Assembly: GCA_050012255.1 (NCBI GenBank) | Contig: JBEKHN010000001.1 | Coordinates: 96,001 to 160,000 of the forward strand | DNA: 64,000 nucleotides | Direction of reading: 5' to 3' | Origin: Candidatus Bathyarchaeia archaeon | GTDB lineage: Archaea; Thermoproteota; Bathyarchaeia; Bathyarchaeales; Bathycorpusculaceae | The notes under the pieces: generated by a model | The model's database searches: none | What the model saw: the letters and a program-made list of their open reading frames with translations, nothing else | What the model was told of the DNA's origin: nothing | Shown here: in pieces, positions 40,874 through 51,588 of the stretch | Position numbering within the stretch: position 1 is the first letter of the stretch | Layout: each line of letters starts with the position of its first letter | Position numbers and translations under genes: made by a program

Positions 40874-41147
40874 CGTGCTCAAAAAGACCTCAAACGAGCT
40901 CAAGATCGAATTGGAAGGCGCCGGCCACACGCTTTGCAACCTGCTGCAAAAAGAGCTTTTGGAGGAGGACAGCGTAGACATGGCTGGCTATGACATCCCG
41001 CATCCTTTGGCTTCGAACCCAATAATCTATGTGCGCACGAAGGGCAAAGTGAAGCCTGAGCAGGTCTTGCGGAACGCTATAGAAAAAACGCGGACCATAA
41101 ACAAAGAATTCGGCAAAGAGCTAGCCAAAAGTCTCAAGGAAAAGTGA
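40863..41147 (+). CDS. rpoL: RNA polymerase subunit L (Rpo11)
   Basis: GHTLCNLL, AGYDIPHPL. Confidence 0.93.
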   Translation: MKVNVLKKTSNELKIELEGAGHTLCNLLQKELLEEDSVDMAGYDIPHPLASNPIIYVRTKGKVKPEQVLRNAIEKTRTINKEFGKELAKSLKEK

Positions 41148-41529
41148 TTCTGCTTTTTATCTTTGCGAGCAGCTCGCGTAGGCCCTCAACAGGATCACTC
41201 TCCCTCCCAATCATGGCCACACTTTCGTCCAAGCTGACCCAGCGGCTGAGCCAAGCATAAACTATCAATGCTTCTGCGGCATCAGCCAGGCCGTGTCTCG
41301 ACATTCCCGACGGCAAACATTCTCTAAGCCCAGCCTTCCTCAAGGCCTCGGCCAGAACGCTTCCTTTCACCTTTGTGCCAAAGGGGCTGCCCTTTCTATT
41401 GGATATGGCAAGCGAGTAAACAAAATTCACGTATGAGTCTCCAAGTGAGGCCAACTCGTGATCAATCAGGACTTCGTTAAGGTTTCTGCGAGTCCATGCA
41501 AAAGAAAGCCTTGGACAATGTTTGATCAA
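41134..41529 (-). CDS. archaeal RNase III-like family protein
   Basis: LASLGDSYVNF, ADAAEAL. Confidence 0.75.
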   Translation of the reverse strand: MIKHCPRLSFAWTRRNLNEVLIDHELASLGDSYVNFVYSLAISNRKGSPFGTKVKGSVLAEALRKAGLRECLPSGMSRHGLADAAEALIVYAWLSRWVSLDESVAMIGRESDPVEGLRELLAKIKSRITFP

Positions 41530-41617
41530 CTTACAGCCTCCCGTCAGGAGTATTCTTCACTAAGCTTATAACGTCTCCTTTCCCCATACTTCCACAAGCT
41601 TCTCTTGAGGAATCGTT

Positions 41618-42205
41618 TTGCCACCGAAGAAATTCCGTGTAATCAAACAGGAGATTCGTGTTCTAGGGGTCGATGACGGAGTCTTCATTCCCCACTCAAG
41701 AGGGTTTGCCCCCGTCATCGGCGTCGTTTTTCGCGGAGGATACTGGCTCGACGGAGTAATGAGCACCAAAATCGAAGTCGACGGCTTCGACGCTACAGAC
41801 AAAATAGCCACAATGATAGTCAACTCTCCGCATTATGAGCAGTTAAGAGTCATAATGCTCGATGGAATAACGTTTGGCGGTTTCAACGTGGTTGACGTGA
41901 AGAAGCTCAATGCTGAAACAAGGCTCCCAGTAATCGCCGTTACGAGGGACAAACCTGACTTCGATGACATACGCAAGGCGTTGGAGAATCTGCGATCTTC
42001 CGAGAAACGGTGGAAGGCCATTCTGAACGCGGGAGAGATTTTTGAAGTGGGCACTAGAAGAAAAGGCGAAAAGGCATTCATGGAAATCTGCGGAATTCTC
42101 GAAGACGATGCGAGGAGGATAGTGCAGCTGACCTCCACTCGAAGCAGCGTTCCAGAAGCCCTGCGCGTGGCCCATCTCATCGCCTCGGGTGTAAACAGAC
42201 TTTAG
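41618..42205 (+). CDS. DUF99-family (endonuclease V-like) protein
   Basis: GVDDG, VDGFDAT, GITFGGFN, PEALRVAH. Confidence 0.88.
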   Translation: MPPKKFRVIKQEIRVLGVDDGVFIPHSRGFAPVIGVVFRGGYWLDGVMSTKIEVDGFDATDKIATMIVNSPHYEQLRVIMLDGITFGGFNVVDVKKLNAETRLPVIAVTRDKPDFDDIRKALENLRSSEKRWKAILNAGEIFEVGTRRKGEKAFMEICGILEDDARRIVQLTSTRSSVPEALRVAHLIASGVNRL

Positions 42206-42285
42206 TCTTGGTATTGATTCTAACGAGAAAAGATTTAAAAGAGGCCATGCTAAGGCTAATGAAACGGACAGCGGTGAAAATTTCG

Positions 42286-42636
42286 ATGGAATTTTGTCCA
42301 AAATGCGGTTCTCGACTTGCCCCGAAAAAACCGAAGGGAAAGGAAGGATCATTGATGTTGGCTTGCCCCAAATGCGGCTACAGAAAACACGCTTCTAGCA
42401 AGAAAGTGGAACCAAAAGTTGCGAAGGTGATCCAGCACAAGCCACAGCAGCTTGTGGCAGTAATAGGAAAGGAAGAACAGAAACTGAGAACGTTGCCAAC
42501 CGTCAGGATTGAATGCCCCAAGTGCGGAAACAACCTGGCATACGTCTGGCAAGTGCAGACAAGAGGCGCAGACGAGTCCTCGACCCAGTTCCTGCGCTGC
42601 ACGAAATGCAACTACACGTTCAGAGAATACAGCTGA
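42286..42636 (+). CDS. tfs: transcription factor S (RpoM/TFS)
   Basis: FCPKCG, CPKCG, QTRGADE, CTKC. Confidence 0.94.
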   Translation: MEFCPKCGSRLAPKKPKGKEGSLMLACPKCGYRKHASSKKVEPKVAKVIQHKPQQLVAVIGKEEQKLRTLPTVRIECPKCGNNLAYVWQVQTRGADESSTQFLRCTKCNYTFREYS

Positions 42637-43008
42637 ACTCTACGGTTTTCAAGCTAGAGGCAAGATTCTAATATTGGCTTCTAAGCTTAGAAAGCTAGTT
42701 TTCTCTGAGGTGCACCCAAAGACAATGGTCAGAGCTTTGAATTGCTTAGCTCCTCAAGTAGATATCAAAAAGTGAGACAGGGTTTCAGAGTCTTTGTTAT
42801 GGCGCTGTTCCTCCGAAGATGTTTGCGAGCGCCATGGCATTCTGGTAGGACGATCCATGATGAGGTTTGGAACAAAGAAAAAGAAAGAAACAGAAACACA
42901 GCTTTTGAACAAATAGTCTAGTCTGATACGAACTGCACACCATCGATCGATACACCTTTGAGTTTTTAAGACACTTTAGCCATAGAATTTCCTGTGTGAG
43001 GGCTGCAT

Positions 43009-43344
43009 TTGAAGCAGATCTTGAAAGATTGGGGCAAGGAGCTTTGGATAGCTGAAGAAGCAGAGTATGGTGGAAAGATCCTGATAATTAGAGAAAACAA
43101 GAGCACATCTCAACATTATCATAAAGATAAGAAAGAGACAATTTACTGTTTCAAAGGCCTGGTAGACATAATATTGACTGACAAAACAGTTACACTGAGA
43201 GAAGGTGGGGACATAACGCTATTTCCAAGGACTATTCACACTATAATAGGAAAGAAAGATTCGATATTGTTTGAAGTATCAACTCCACAGTTAGCTGACA
43301 TAGTTAGAATACAGGAAAACCGAAAGAAAACAAGCAAGACCTAG
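43009..43344 (+). CDS. cupin-domain protein (sugar isomerase-like)
   Basis: WGKE, SQHYHKDKKET, H, EVSTP. Confidence 0.8.
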   Translation: MKQILKDWGKELWIAEEAEYGGKILIIRENKSTSQHYHKDKKETIYCFKGLVDIILTDKTVTLREGGDITLFPRTIHTIIGKKDSILFEVSTPQLADIVRIQENRKKTSKT

Positions 43345-43560
43345 AAACGCAGCTGTTCTGTTGAAGCCCATCGCGGCCGCTAGCATTTGCCAGGATGTAA
43401 TGGGTCTGAAAGCTTGAAGCGCACGCACAAACTATGTCCAATAACGCGCCAGTGCCGTTGTTCAGAAAAAGAAAATAGGTATTACGCGTGCCCTTCCATC
43501 TTCTATAGAAAAAGCTGATAGATTATTATATGACTGAAGAGACTAAAGAATAGAATCTCA

Positions 43561-44376
43561 ATGAATCGCAAGAATAATGACTTTGTTGAAAGGCATTATC
43601 TAGAAAAAGATAGCGATGACCTAGATTCATCGTTTCATAGTAACTCCATCTACCGTCATACATACTACGAAACAAAGTTGAAAGCTCTTGAGACTCTGGA
43701 TCTGAAAGGTCACGAAATAATTGTTGACATTGGCTGTGGCCAAGGACATCTTATGAGACTTCTGCACGAATTCCATTCGAATCTGGAAGAAATAGGAATT
43801 GACATCAATCTCAGCGATCTCAAAAAGGCTAAACAACGGAACAATAGTGACAGTTCTGAATTCATTCTGTCTGACGCATCACACTTGCCTTTCAAGAATA
43901 TGTGCTTTGACCGTGTTGTCTGCACTGCAGTCTTGGAACATGTCTCGAATGAGAAAGAAGTTCTGGATGAAATATGGCGAGCGCTGAAAGACAAAAAGAC
44001 TGCAGTCATCGACGTACCGGGAGCGTATCATCTTCAGAATAAGCTATCCGATCTTTTCATAAGAAAGCACGGTGTTTTTCCTTTCCACAGAGAGTATACA
44101 ACTGGACGCATGAAAACGATTGTTGAAGAGTCGAATTTTGAAATCGAATGCTTCACCACGGCCAGATTCATAGGCTCAATATTGTTTCCAGTAATAGAGA
44201 CCATCAGCGTGGCCGATGGAAGAAAAATCGTCTGGTGCAGGGGTCTCCTAGCGAGATTGATCTGCTGGGCGGGAGACAGAATCGGACTGTTGTGGGGAAA
44301 CAATACTTGCATGAAAACACTTGGTGGGTCGTGGTTCTTCAAAATAAAGAAAGAGGGAATGGATAACGCCCCTTAA
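43561..44376 (+). CDS. class I SAM-dependent methyltransferase
   Basis: DIGCGQG, LPF, VLEHV. Confidence 0.88.
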   Translation: MNRKNNDFVERHYLEKDSDDLDSSFHSNSIYRHTYYETKLKALETLDLKGHEIIVDIGCGQGHLMRLLHEFHSNLEEIGIDINLSDLKKAKQRNNSDSSEFILSDASHLPFKNMCFDRVVCTAVLEHVSNEKEVLDEIWRALKDKKTAVIDVPGAYHLQNKLSDLFIRKHGVFPFHREYTTGRMKTIVEESNFEIECFTTARFIGSILFPVIETISVADGRKIVWCRGLLARLICWAGDRIGLLWGNNTCMKTLGGSWFFKIKKEGMDNAP

Positions 44377-44729
44377 GAGGCTGGTTCCTTGCTCTTTTGC
44401 TGATGGCGATCATCTGCTGCGTTTGCAGCCATTTGAGCGTTAGATCCGTAGTTTCTACGGCTTGTATTCCGCGCGCGCAACTCCTCAGAAGGCAGCTTTT
44501 TGCACCAAGCTTCGAACCTTCTTAGACTTCTGCGTTCGGCTTCGTTGAAGAGATCTGAAGAATCGGCCAGGTGACTCAAGTGTTCCTTTCTTCTTTTCGA
44601 ATCCTTCCTGACACTATGTATTCCTTTTACCGAACGTGAACGGCCTCTCGGACCTATGGATCTTCCAAAAGTTCTTCGCCTTCCTCTAATGTTGCTGACA
44701 AGATCCCGAAGCCTAGCGTCCTTCCCCAT
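44373..44729 (-). CDS. Arg-rich hypothetical protein
   Basis: ORF from ATG 44729 just after upstream stop; no recognisable motif. Confidence 0.3.
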   Translation of the reverse strand: MGKDARLRDLVSNIRGRRRTFGRSIGPRGRSRSVKGIHSVRKDSKRRKEHLSHLADSSDLFNEAERRSLRRFEAWCKKLPSEELRARNTSRRNYGSNAQMAANAADDRHQQKSKEPAS

Positions 44730-44734
44730 GTTTC

Positions 44735-45235
44735 TTATGCGATCGATTTCGCGCTTGACTCCACCGACACGGTATTTTTTGCCAGTGATTTCAGAACAAC
44801 GGCTAGTCTCACCAAGTCTTCTTGTTCCTGAGGCAACCATGGAGCGTTTTCCTCAGAAAGCCACGAAAACAACGTCTCTGTGCTTCTCGCATTCGCATGC
44901 TTTCCCCTCATCCCTCTGGAGAGTTCAGACAAAAGGTCCTCCATGTCCACCACTTTGGGCATTGCATCGCAGATAGATCGGAACTCTTCATAGTAGGCTC
45001 TGGTCTTATCATAGAGGCAAGACCACTTTCTCAAAGCGGGATCTAGACGTCCCAGTTCTTCTAAGAATATCCTTTTTCTCGCGGCGACTAGGCGCTTACT
45101 TTCCCACAGAATAGTGTCTCGGGGTTTGAGTTCCGAGAGCCATCGCTCGACAAGGTCACCTTCCTTTTTCGCGAGAACCTTGAAATCTTGAGGGCAAAGG
45201 CGAGTGCCCAAGTCACATTTCAGAATGAAGACCAT
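44735..45235 (-). CDS. hypothetical protein
   Basis: 166-aa ORF with plausible helical composition. Confidence 0.45.
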   Translation of the reverse strand: MVFILKCDLGTRLCPQDFKVLAKKEGDLVERWLSELKPRDTILWESKRLVAARKRIFLEELGRLDPALRKWSCLYDKTRAYYEEFRSICDAMPKVVDMEDLLSELSRGMRGKHANARSTETLFSWLSEENAPWLPQEQEDLVRLAVVLKSLAKNTVSVESSAKSIA

Positions 45236-45272
45236 GTGACATTGTCTGCGATCTGCACTTAAAAATCTAACA

Positions 45273-45572
45273 AGCGCGCATGCCTGTTCCGAAAATGGTT
45301 AAAAATGGTCTTAATTCGCCTTTTGCGATTTAGAGGCATTTTTGGGCTTCGCGTCTGTCTTCGTGCTTCTTTCAGTGCCCACGCTTCTCGAACTGTGCGG
45401 GCAGCCCGAAGGTGTTGGCCTGTGCGCTGTGATCCACTTATCGTCAACTCCCATGATTTTCCATCCTCACCACGGCTGAGACTGGCCTATCAGAGAAGCC
45501 CGAATCGGACGCAAAAAGGCAAAAGAAGAATAAAAACCATTTTTGACCAATTTAGGAACACGCATGCGCGCT
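45273..45572. mobile_element. 300-bp MITE-like element with ~50-bp imperfect terminal inverted repeats
   Basis: Left AGCGCGCATGCCTGTTCCGAAAATGGTTAAAAATGGTC...; right end reverse-complemented AGCGCGCATGCGTGTTCCTAAATTGGTCAAAAATGGTT...; no clear TSD. Confidence 0.65.
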
Positions 45573-45744
45573 GTAGTCTGATAAAGAAGTAACGGTTCGG
45601 AATAAATCCTCTACAGCATTGCAGACGCAACAACCGAGTCTAGTAATGAGGCAACTGGTGCATGATTATTTCGCTCAGCGTCATGCTTAAGTGTGTAAAG
45701 TCTTTTATTAGCCACCGAGCATATCCGATACAAAGGTGATCTCG

Positions 45745-46500
45745 GTGTTCAAACTCAAAGTAGCCGATGCCAAACTTCTGAGAGACATGATCACTTCTAT
45801 TTCCATCCTCGTAGACGAAGCCACGTTCAAGCTCGACCAGGACGGCTTGAAGCTCAGAGCGATGGATCCCTCACGAGTCGCCATGATCGACTTCGAATGG
45901 CCCAAAACCGCCTTCGAAGAGTACGTGTGCACAGAGCCGACAAAAATGTGCATCAACATAACAGAACTGCTGAAACTTCTCAAAAGAGCAGGCAAGAACG
46001 AAACAGTAGAGCTTTCTCTGGACGAAAAAACGGGGCGTCTACAAGTCGCAATGGCCGGAAAATACACACGAAACTTTACGATGCCCACGCTTGAAGCCTC
46101 AGAAGAAGAAGTGCCAACGCCGAAGATCACGTTCAACGTAAAAGCAAAGGCTACGACTGAAGGCTTGAGCCAAGCGATAGAGGACGCTCAACTCGTAAGC
46201 GACCATGTTAAGATCGAAGCAGACCCTGAAAAACTGGTTTTCAACGCGTCGGGCGACCTCATGGGTGCAACGATCACCCTGCAAAAAGGAAGCGACACGC
46301 TGCTGGACCTAGAAGCCAAGGAAGCGCAGAAAGCAACCTTCAGCCTCAGTTACCTGACAGAGATAATAAAGGCGGCATCTGCAACGTCGGACATAGCTAC
46401 GCTCGAATTCTCTTCGGACATGCCCATAAGGCTGGATTTCCAGCAGGCAAAAGAAGGAAAACTAACGTTCTTCCTAGCGCCGAGAATAGAGACAGAATGA
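45745..46500 (+). CDS. pcn: PCNA sliding clamp
   Basis: LRAMDPSRVAM, FSLSYL, FFLAPR. Confidence 0.96.
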   Translation: MFKLKVADAKLLRDMITSISILVDEATFKLDQDGLKLRAMDPSRVAMIDFEWPKTAFEEYVCTEPTKMCINITELLKLLKRAGKNETVELSLDEKTGRLQVAMAGKYTRNFTMPTLEASEEEVPTPKITFNVKAKATTEGLSQAIEDAQLVSDHVKIEADPEKLVFNASGDLMGATITLQKGSDTLLDLEAKEAQKATFSLSYLTEIIKAASATSDIATLEFSSDMPIRLDFQQAKEGKLTFFLAPRIETE

Positions 46501-46519
46501 GACGAAAAACGAAGAGCAG

Positions 46520-47560
46520 ATGACCACGGGAAGATTCACAAAAAGCGACCTGGCAAAATATCCTTTTCTCAAAGAAACCACGGAATACATAAAGAAACTC
46601 AATGTGAAGATTGAGGACCTAGCAAACCCTGAACTTGAAAGAGTCCTCGAACGTGCCGAAGAGAGAGTTGAAGACGCCATTTTGTACACGCTTGTTGGCA
46701 GAAAGACACGCAACGAAGAAATCGAAATTTTGTCCTTTCCAGCTGCAATAATGCTGACGGTTGCAACTGGAAATTCCTTCATCAAGAAAAGGTATGCTCT
46801 CGCCGAAGCAAAGCGGATATACGAAGACCTCAAAGAAGAAAACAGAGATCAAATTCTCGAAATCGCAACAGACTTAGGATGGAAACTGGCCCTCAGTCAA
46901 CCAAACGTGTCCCCGCTTGAATTCGCAGTAAGCTTTCAAGATTATCTGAGAAGCACAACTTATCTGCGCGACAAGAAGTGGAAACTCATCAACCGGGTCT
47001 TATCCAACGGAACCGTTTTCTTATCTAGAAACGAGACATCGAGATTGTTGAGCGAAGAAGTGCGCAGGCACATAGAAGAAAGACTAGAAGTAAAGGAACT
47101 GCCTGAGTTTCCAAAGAAAATAACGAATGTGGCAGAAAGAATAATGAAGCTCTCAGCTGAAAAGATAGGCAAGGCCGAGATAGAAGAATTTCCGAAGGTT
47201 ATGGTTCAAACAGCATTCCCACCATGCATAGCAGCGCTGTACTTGGCGTTCTCATCTGGACGCCACATCTCACACGTGGGAAGGTTCGCCTTAACCTCGT
47301 TCCTTATAAACATCGGAATGCCCTCGGAAAACGTCATTGACCTCTTCAAGAACATTTCGGACTTCAACGAAAAAATGACCCGTTACCAAGTGGAACACAT
47401 CGCCGGCGAAACAGGCTCAAGAACGCGGTACATCCCACCGCGATGTGACACTCTGCAAACACATGGCATATGCACAGACCCAGACGAGTTGTGCAGAAGA
47501 GTACGCCACCCGTTAGCTTACTACCGGATCAGGCTTAAGAGCGTTGAAAAGAGCCAGTGA
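46520..47560 (+). CDS. priL: DNA primase large subunit
   Basis: KYPFL, FPPCI, RYQVEHIAG, PPRC..C. Confidence 0.94.
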   Translation: MTTGRFTKSDLAKYPFLKETTEYIKKLNVKIEDLANPELERVLERAEERVEDAILYTLVGRKTRNEEIEILSFPAAIMLTVATGNSFIKKRYALAEAKRIYEDLKEENRDQILEIATDLGWKLALSQPNVSPLEFAVSFQDYLRSTTYLRDKKWKLINRVLSNGTVFLSRNETSRLLSEEVRRHIEERLEVKELPEFPKKITNVAERIMKLSAEKIGKAEIEEFPKVMVQTAFPPCIAALYLAFSSGRHISHVGRFALTSFLINIGMPSENVIDLFKNISDFNEKMTRYQVEHIAGETGSRTRYIPPRCDTLQTHGICTDPDELCRRVRHPLAYYRIRLKSVEKSQ

Positions 47561-47638
47561 AAGCAGAGTAGAGTGCAGTATACCTTATATATCCAGTGCG
47601 ATAAATGAACGCTATCTTTGAAAGGTGAATAGAGACCA

Positions 47639-48382
47639 ATGTCGTCTTCGCACGTAGAAGGAAGCCTTGAGGTCAGTTCTGAAATCGGAATAATACTCCC
47701 GACGTATTGCGAAGCGGCCAACATTGAAAAGCTGATTCTTGAACTGGAGAATTCAAGCCTGAACGTCTCAATACTGGTTATCGATGATTCGAGTCCCGAC
47801 GGGACAGCCGACCTTGTCAGAAAGCTCCAGAGGAAATACAGCAACGTTTTGCTTCTCGTTAGGAGCAAGAAACTAGGACTTGGGACTGCAATTACTGACG
47901 GGTTCAGGATCTTCTTGTCGGTGAAGAAACCTCCCAAATGTATAGTTACGATGGACGCTGACTACTCACATAACCCTCAAGAGATACCCAAGCTGTTGGC
48001 TCCTATGCAAGAAGGATGCGACCTCGTTGTTGGAAGCAGGTACTGTCAAGGCGGCAGTACACGAGAGTGGAGTATAGCGCGCTTGCTAATAAGCAAGGTC
48101 GCAAACCTCATCACAAGACTGAGAGTTGAGGCCAAAATATCCGACTACACTAGCGGAATGCGCTGTTACTCCACCAAACTGGTTAGAGGAATAATAAACG
48201 ACTTGCACAGCCAGACCTATGAAATACAGATTGAAACAATAAGACTTGCCAACGTAAGAAGCTACAGAATCAAAGATGTGCCTATAACGTTCATCAGCAG
48301 AAAAAAAGGTAAGTCCAAACTGTCAATCAACGAAATAAGAGACTTCCTCACTTACATTTTCAACCTTGACCGAAAGTACTAA
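47639..48382 (+). CDS. polyprenol-phosphate mannosyltransferase-like GT2
   Basis: PTYCE, DDSSPDGT, MDADYSH, GSRY. Confidence 0.9.
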   Translation: MSSSHVEGSLEVSSEIGIILPTYCEAANIEKLILELENSSLNVSILVIDDSSPDGTADLVRKLQRKYSNVLLLVRSKKLGLGTAITDGFRIFLSVKKPPKCIVTMDADYSHNPQEIPKLLAPMQEGCDLVVGSRYCQGGSTREWSIARLLISKVANLITRLRVEAKISDYTSGMRCYSTKLVRGIINDLHSQTYEIQIETIRLANVRSYRIKDVPITFISRKKGKSKLSINEIRDFLTYIFNLDRKY

Positions 48383-48477
48383 ACGTCCGGCAACCGCGAA
48401 CATTCCGCACAAAGCTTGTGCCAATGTGGCCAAAAGCTCGTGCATTGCCATATTCTTTGCTCGTCAAAGTGACTGAG

Positions 48478-50430
48478 ATGGAAGATAAGAAGACAACTCT
48501 GCAAAGGCTGAGAACCGCTTGTTCTCAACTCTTGATCAAAAACTGGCCGCTTCACACTATGGTTCTCACATATGTAATACTGTTGAGCTTTGCATCCTTG
48601 GTCAAACATTATTCATTTCAGACTTCAGCTTGGGATCTGGGCATTTTTGATCAGGCATGCTATAGCACTCTGAGAGGGCGATTATTCCATTATACTCCTG
48701 AACTCTACGCGAATCCTGGCGGCTCAATTTTCGGAGTGCATTTCAGTCCAATACTCTTCGCGATTATCCCTTTGTACGCGCTTTTCCAAAACGCTGGGAC
48801 TTTACTGGTAATTCAGTCGATAGTCATTGGGGCCGGCGCTTATCCAGTTTTCTTGATTGCACAAAGAGTATTAGGAAACCGAAAATACAGCTATTTTTTT
48901 TCGCTTCTGTATCTCGTTTACCCTCACACCTACGGGGTCAACATGTTTGATTTTCATCCAGATGCCTTCTTTGTCCCGTTCACGTTATTTGCACTATACT
49001 TCTTCCTAAAGAGCAGCTGGAAGCCATACTTTGCCTTCATGTTGCTGGCCTTGTCCACGAAAGAGTTCATGCCGATTGTTTTTGCAGTCTTCGCCTTTGG
49101 AGAGTTACTGGTTTATAGACAGGAGATAATCAGTGCGCTTAAGTCCAAGAGTTACCCTTCAAACAGGGTACTCGTAGCTTTCGGAACAATTGCTGTTGCG
49201 GGATGCTGGTACATTGTGGCAAAGCTATGCATCAATTTCTTCAATCCTTCTCCTCCCCAAGGATTTGGACAAGGTTCTCCCTGGTCTATTCTGGGTGTTA
49301 ATCCCTTGGATGCAACATCTTGGATCCATCTAGGGTACTTAAACATACTGCAGGCTATTGAGTACGATCTCCAGTCCAAGCTTTTCTATCTGATCACGAT
49401 CCTTGCTCCGTTTGCATTTCTCCCTGTTTTCAAAATAAAGAGAATGTTACCCGCGCTAGTTTGGATTTTAGTAGCTTTTTTGTCAAATTACCCTCCATAC
49501 TATCAAATAGGTTACCAATACTCCGCCGTAGTTACCCCTTTCGTCATCCTTGCAGCAATAGAAGGCTTCAGCAGGATTCGATCAGTCCTCAACATAGATG
49601 CGGCAAGGGCGAACAGACTCGCTCGAAGGTTGTTTATGGTATGTGTTCTTGCGTCGCTGGTCATGACTCTTCAAACTTTGCCTTCAAACCTGCAGGTAAT
49701 AATCAGTCCGCACGATCAAAGATTAACCGCTTTAATAACGCAGATACAGAGAGATTTTCCGAATGCTTCAATTCTCACGCAGTACGATCTGTTCCCCCAT
49801 GTTTCAACGAGCTTGAATTCCTATGTTATTCCACCACTCTTCTCTGCCTTCAACAAGTCATACTATGCTGAATACGTCCAATCATTATTCAACTTGACAC
49901 CTGACTTTGTGATACTAGATCTTAATCCTGACGTGCGCACGGACGCGCTTAGAGTCACATTTATGTATGCCTTCGAAAACTTGGAAAAACTTGAGAGCTA
50001 CTATGGTCTTTACGCCTCGGTTGATGGCATCTTTGTCTACAAGCATGGATATCATGGACAACTGACGATGTATGAACCCTTCGTTTTAAGACTAAACTAC
50101 GAAACCCGCATAGTAACCAACGCAATCCTGTTTAGCAGTGTCTTTCCAAAAGGTACATACCTCGTGACCTATAAAATGAACCTTTCAAACGTCAGCAGAG
50201 AATTTGCCTGCACCATTGAGATGACTCAAGGTGTCACGATTCTGCAATCACAAGATCTATATGGAGGGAATGGCTCAGAACCGATTACCCTGGGGAATTA
50301 TACATTCACCATGAACATCGTTTCTTCGACTACCGAAGTAATGTTTTACGTGTTGAACCCTTCAACGTCAGCTGATGTGTATCTGAAATCCATTGTAGTA
50401 AGCATGGAAGGCCCGCAGGAACAAAGCTGA
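48478..50430 (+). CDS. DUF2079-family multi-pass membrane protein (GT-C-like)
   Basis: WDLGIFDQ, HFSPIL, DFHPD, KE motifs; many TM helices. Confidence 0.82.
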   Translation: MEDKKTTLQRLRTACSQLLIKNWPLHTMVLTYVILLSFASLVKHYSFQTSAWDLGIFDQACYSTLRGRLFHYTPELYANPGGSIFGVHFSPILFAIIPLYALFQNAGTLLVIQSIVIGAGAYPVFLIAQRVLGNRKYSYFFSLLYLVYPHTYGVNMFDFHPDAFFVPFTLFALYFFLKSSWKPYFAFMLLALSTKEFMPIVFAVFAFGELLVYRQEIISALKSKSYPSNRVLVAFGTIAVAGCWYIVAKLCINFFNPSPPQGFGQGSPWSILGVNPLDATSWIHLGYLNILQAIEYDLQSKLFYLITILAPFAFLPVFKIKRMLPALVWILVAFLSNYPPYYQIGYQYSAVVTPFVILAAIEGFSRIRSVLNIDAARANRLARRLFMVCVLASLVMTLQTLPSNLQVIISPHDQRLTALITQIQRDFPNASILTQYDLFPHVSTSLNSYVIPPLFSAFNKSYYAEYVQSLFNLTPDFVILDLNPDVRTDALRVTFMYAFENLEKLESYYGLYASVDGIFVYKHGYHGQLTMYEPFVLRLNYETRIVTNAILFSSVFPKGTYLVTYKMNLSNVSREFACTIEMTQGVTILQSQDLYGGNGSEPITLGNYTFTMNIVSSTTEVMFYVLNPSTSADVYLKSIVVSMEGPQEQS

Positions 50431-50431
50431 G

Positions 50432-51565
50432 GTGCAAACGGTGAGACATCCGAAAATAGCCATCGTAGCAAAAAGCATGCTCATAGGGTACGGTGTCGAT
50501 GAAATAGTCAATTTCCTATCTAAAGAGCTTTCGCGGCATGGATATGATATTACAGTGCTCGCAAACAAGAACGAATACTCAGATCGTGGTTATAAAACAA
50601 TAGCGTACAATGTAGCTACTTTGCCTTTTGCGAATGAATTCTGGAACGACCATTTCTTGACAGATTTTCGTTCTTACGCCCCTTTGGCCAACATCTTGGA
50701 CGACTACGATATAATCGTAACCGTTGATCCCATGCACATAGTAGGCGCTTTGGCCAAGATACGGTTACAGAAAAAGGTGATAATGTACTATTTCGGAGTG
50801 CCGCCCCCGAAGATCTTGGACTCTTTTGAAAGAAAAACAGAATCCCTCAGGCAAACCATCCTGTGGAATCTCTCCTTCTTTTTCTGCGACTGCTTGATGT
50901 CCAACAGTCTTTACACAAGAAAATCTCTCCCTTCGTATCTAGAAAAAAGAACGATCGTGAACTACCACGGTATCGAGCATCTTGTCTGCCATGACCATGA
51001 AAAAGCTACCAAACTCAGAGAAGAACTCGACATCAACGACAAGCTTTTGATTTTGTCTGTTGGCCGATTTTCCACTCCTTACAAGGGAATGGCCGAGATC
51101 GCAAGAATTTTTAATGCTGTTCAGAAAAAAAACCATGCCGTTGTTCTCTTGCTGGTTGGTAGAGGCTCAATTCATAGCTTAGGAATTCGGAGTCCCATGG
51201 AGAATGTGAAAACATTGTCGAACATACCTATCGAGACACTGAAGCTCTGCTATGCAGCCTGCGATATCTACTGCACGTGCTCAAAATGGGAAGGCTTTGA
51301 TTTGCCAGTGGTTGCTGCCCAAGCAAACGGAAAGCCTGTTATCGCTTATAACGTTGGTGCCCACCGAGAAGTGGTGTTGAATGAGAAAACTGGGTTTCTT
51401 GTCGAGAACACGTCAGAGTTCCTTCTTCGTCTGCGTTCGCTAGTTGACGATACTGAGCTGCGCAGAAGAATTGGACGTAGAGGAAGGATTGCGGCGCAAA
51501 GGTTCACTTGGAAAGAAAGTGTCAAGAGGTTCGAAAAAGCAATTGACATTGCCTACTCGAAATGA
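50432..51565 (+). CDS. glycosyltransferase family 4
   Basis: VGR, KG, EGFDLP..AQANGKPV. Confidence 0.9.
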   Translation: MQTVRHPKIAIVAKSMLIGYGVDEIVNFLSKELSRHGYDITVLANKNEYSDRGYKTIAYNVATLPFANEFWNDHFLTDFRSYAPLANILDDYDIIVTVDPMHIVGALAKIRLQKKVIMYYFGVPPPKILDSFERKTESLRQTILWNLSFFFCDCLMSNSLYTRKSLPSYLEKRTIVNYHGIEHLVCHDHEKATKLREELDINDKLLILSVGRFSTPYKGMAEIARIFNAVQKKNHAVVLLLVGRGSIHSLGIRSPMENVKTLSNIPIETLKLCYAACDIYCTCSKWEGFDLPVVAAQANGKPVIAYNVGAHREVVLNEKTGFLVENTSEFLLRLRSLVDDTELRRRIGRRGRIAAQRFTWKESVKRFEKAIDIAYSK

Positions 51566-51588
51566 GGCTCGGTTGATCCAGGATTAGT

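Noticed and set aside
44373-45235. Single frameshifted gene from the two overlapping ORFs
   Set aside because: An ATG at 44729 just after the upstream stop explains them as two separate ORFs.
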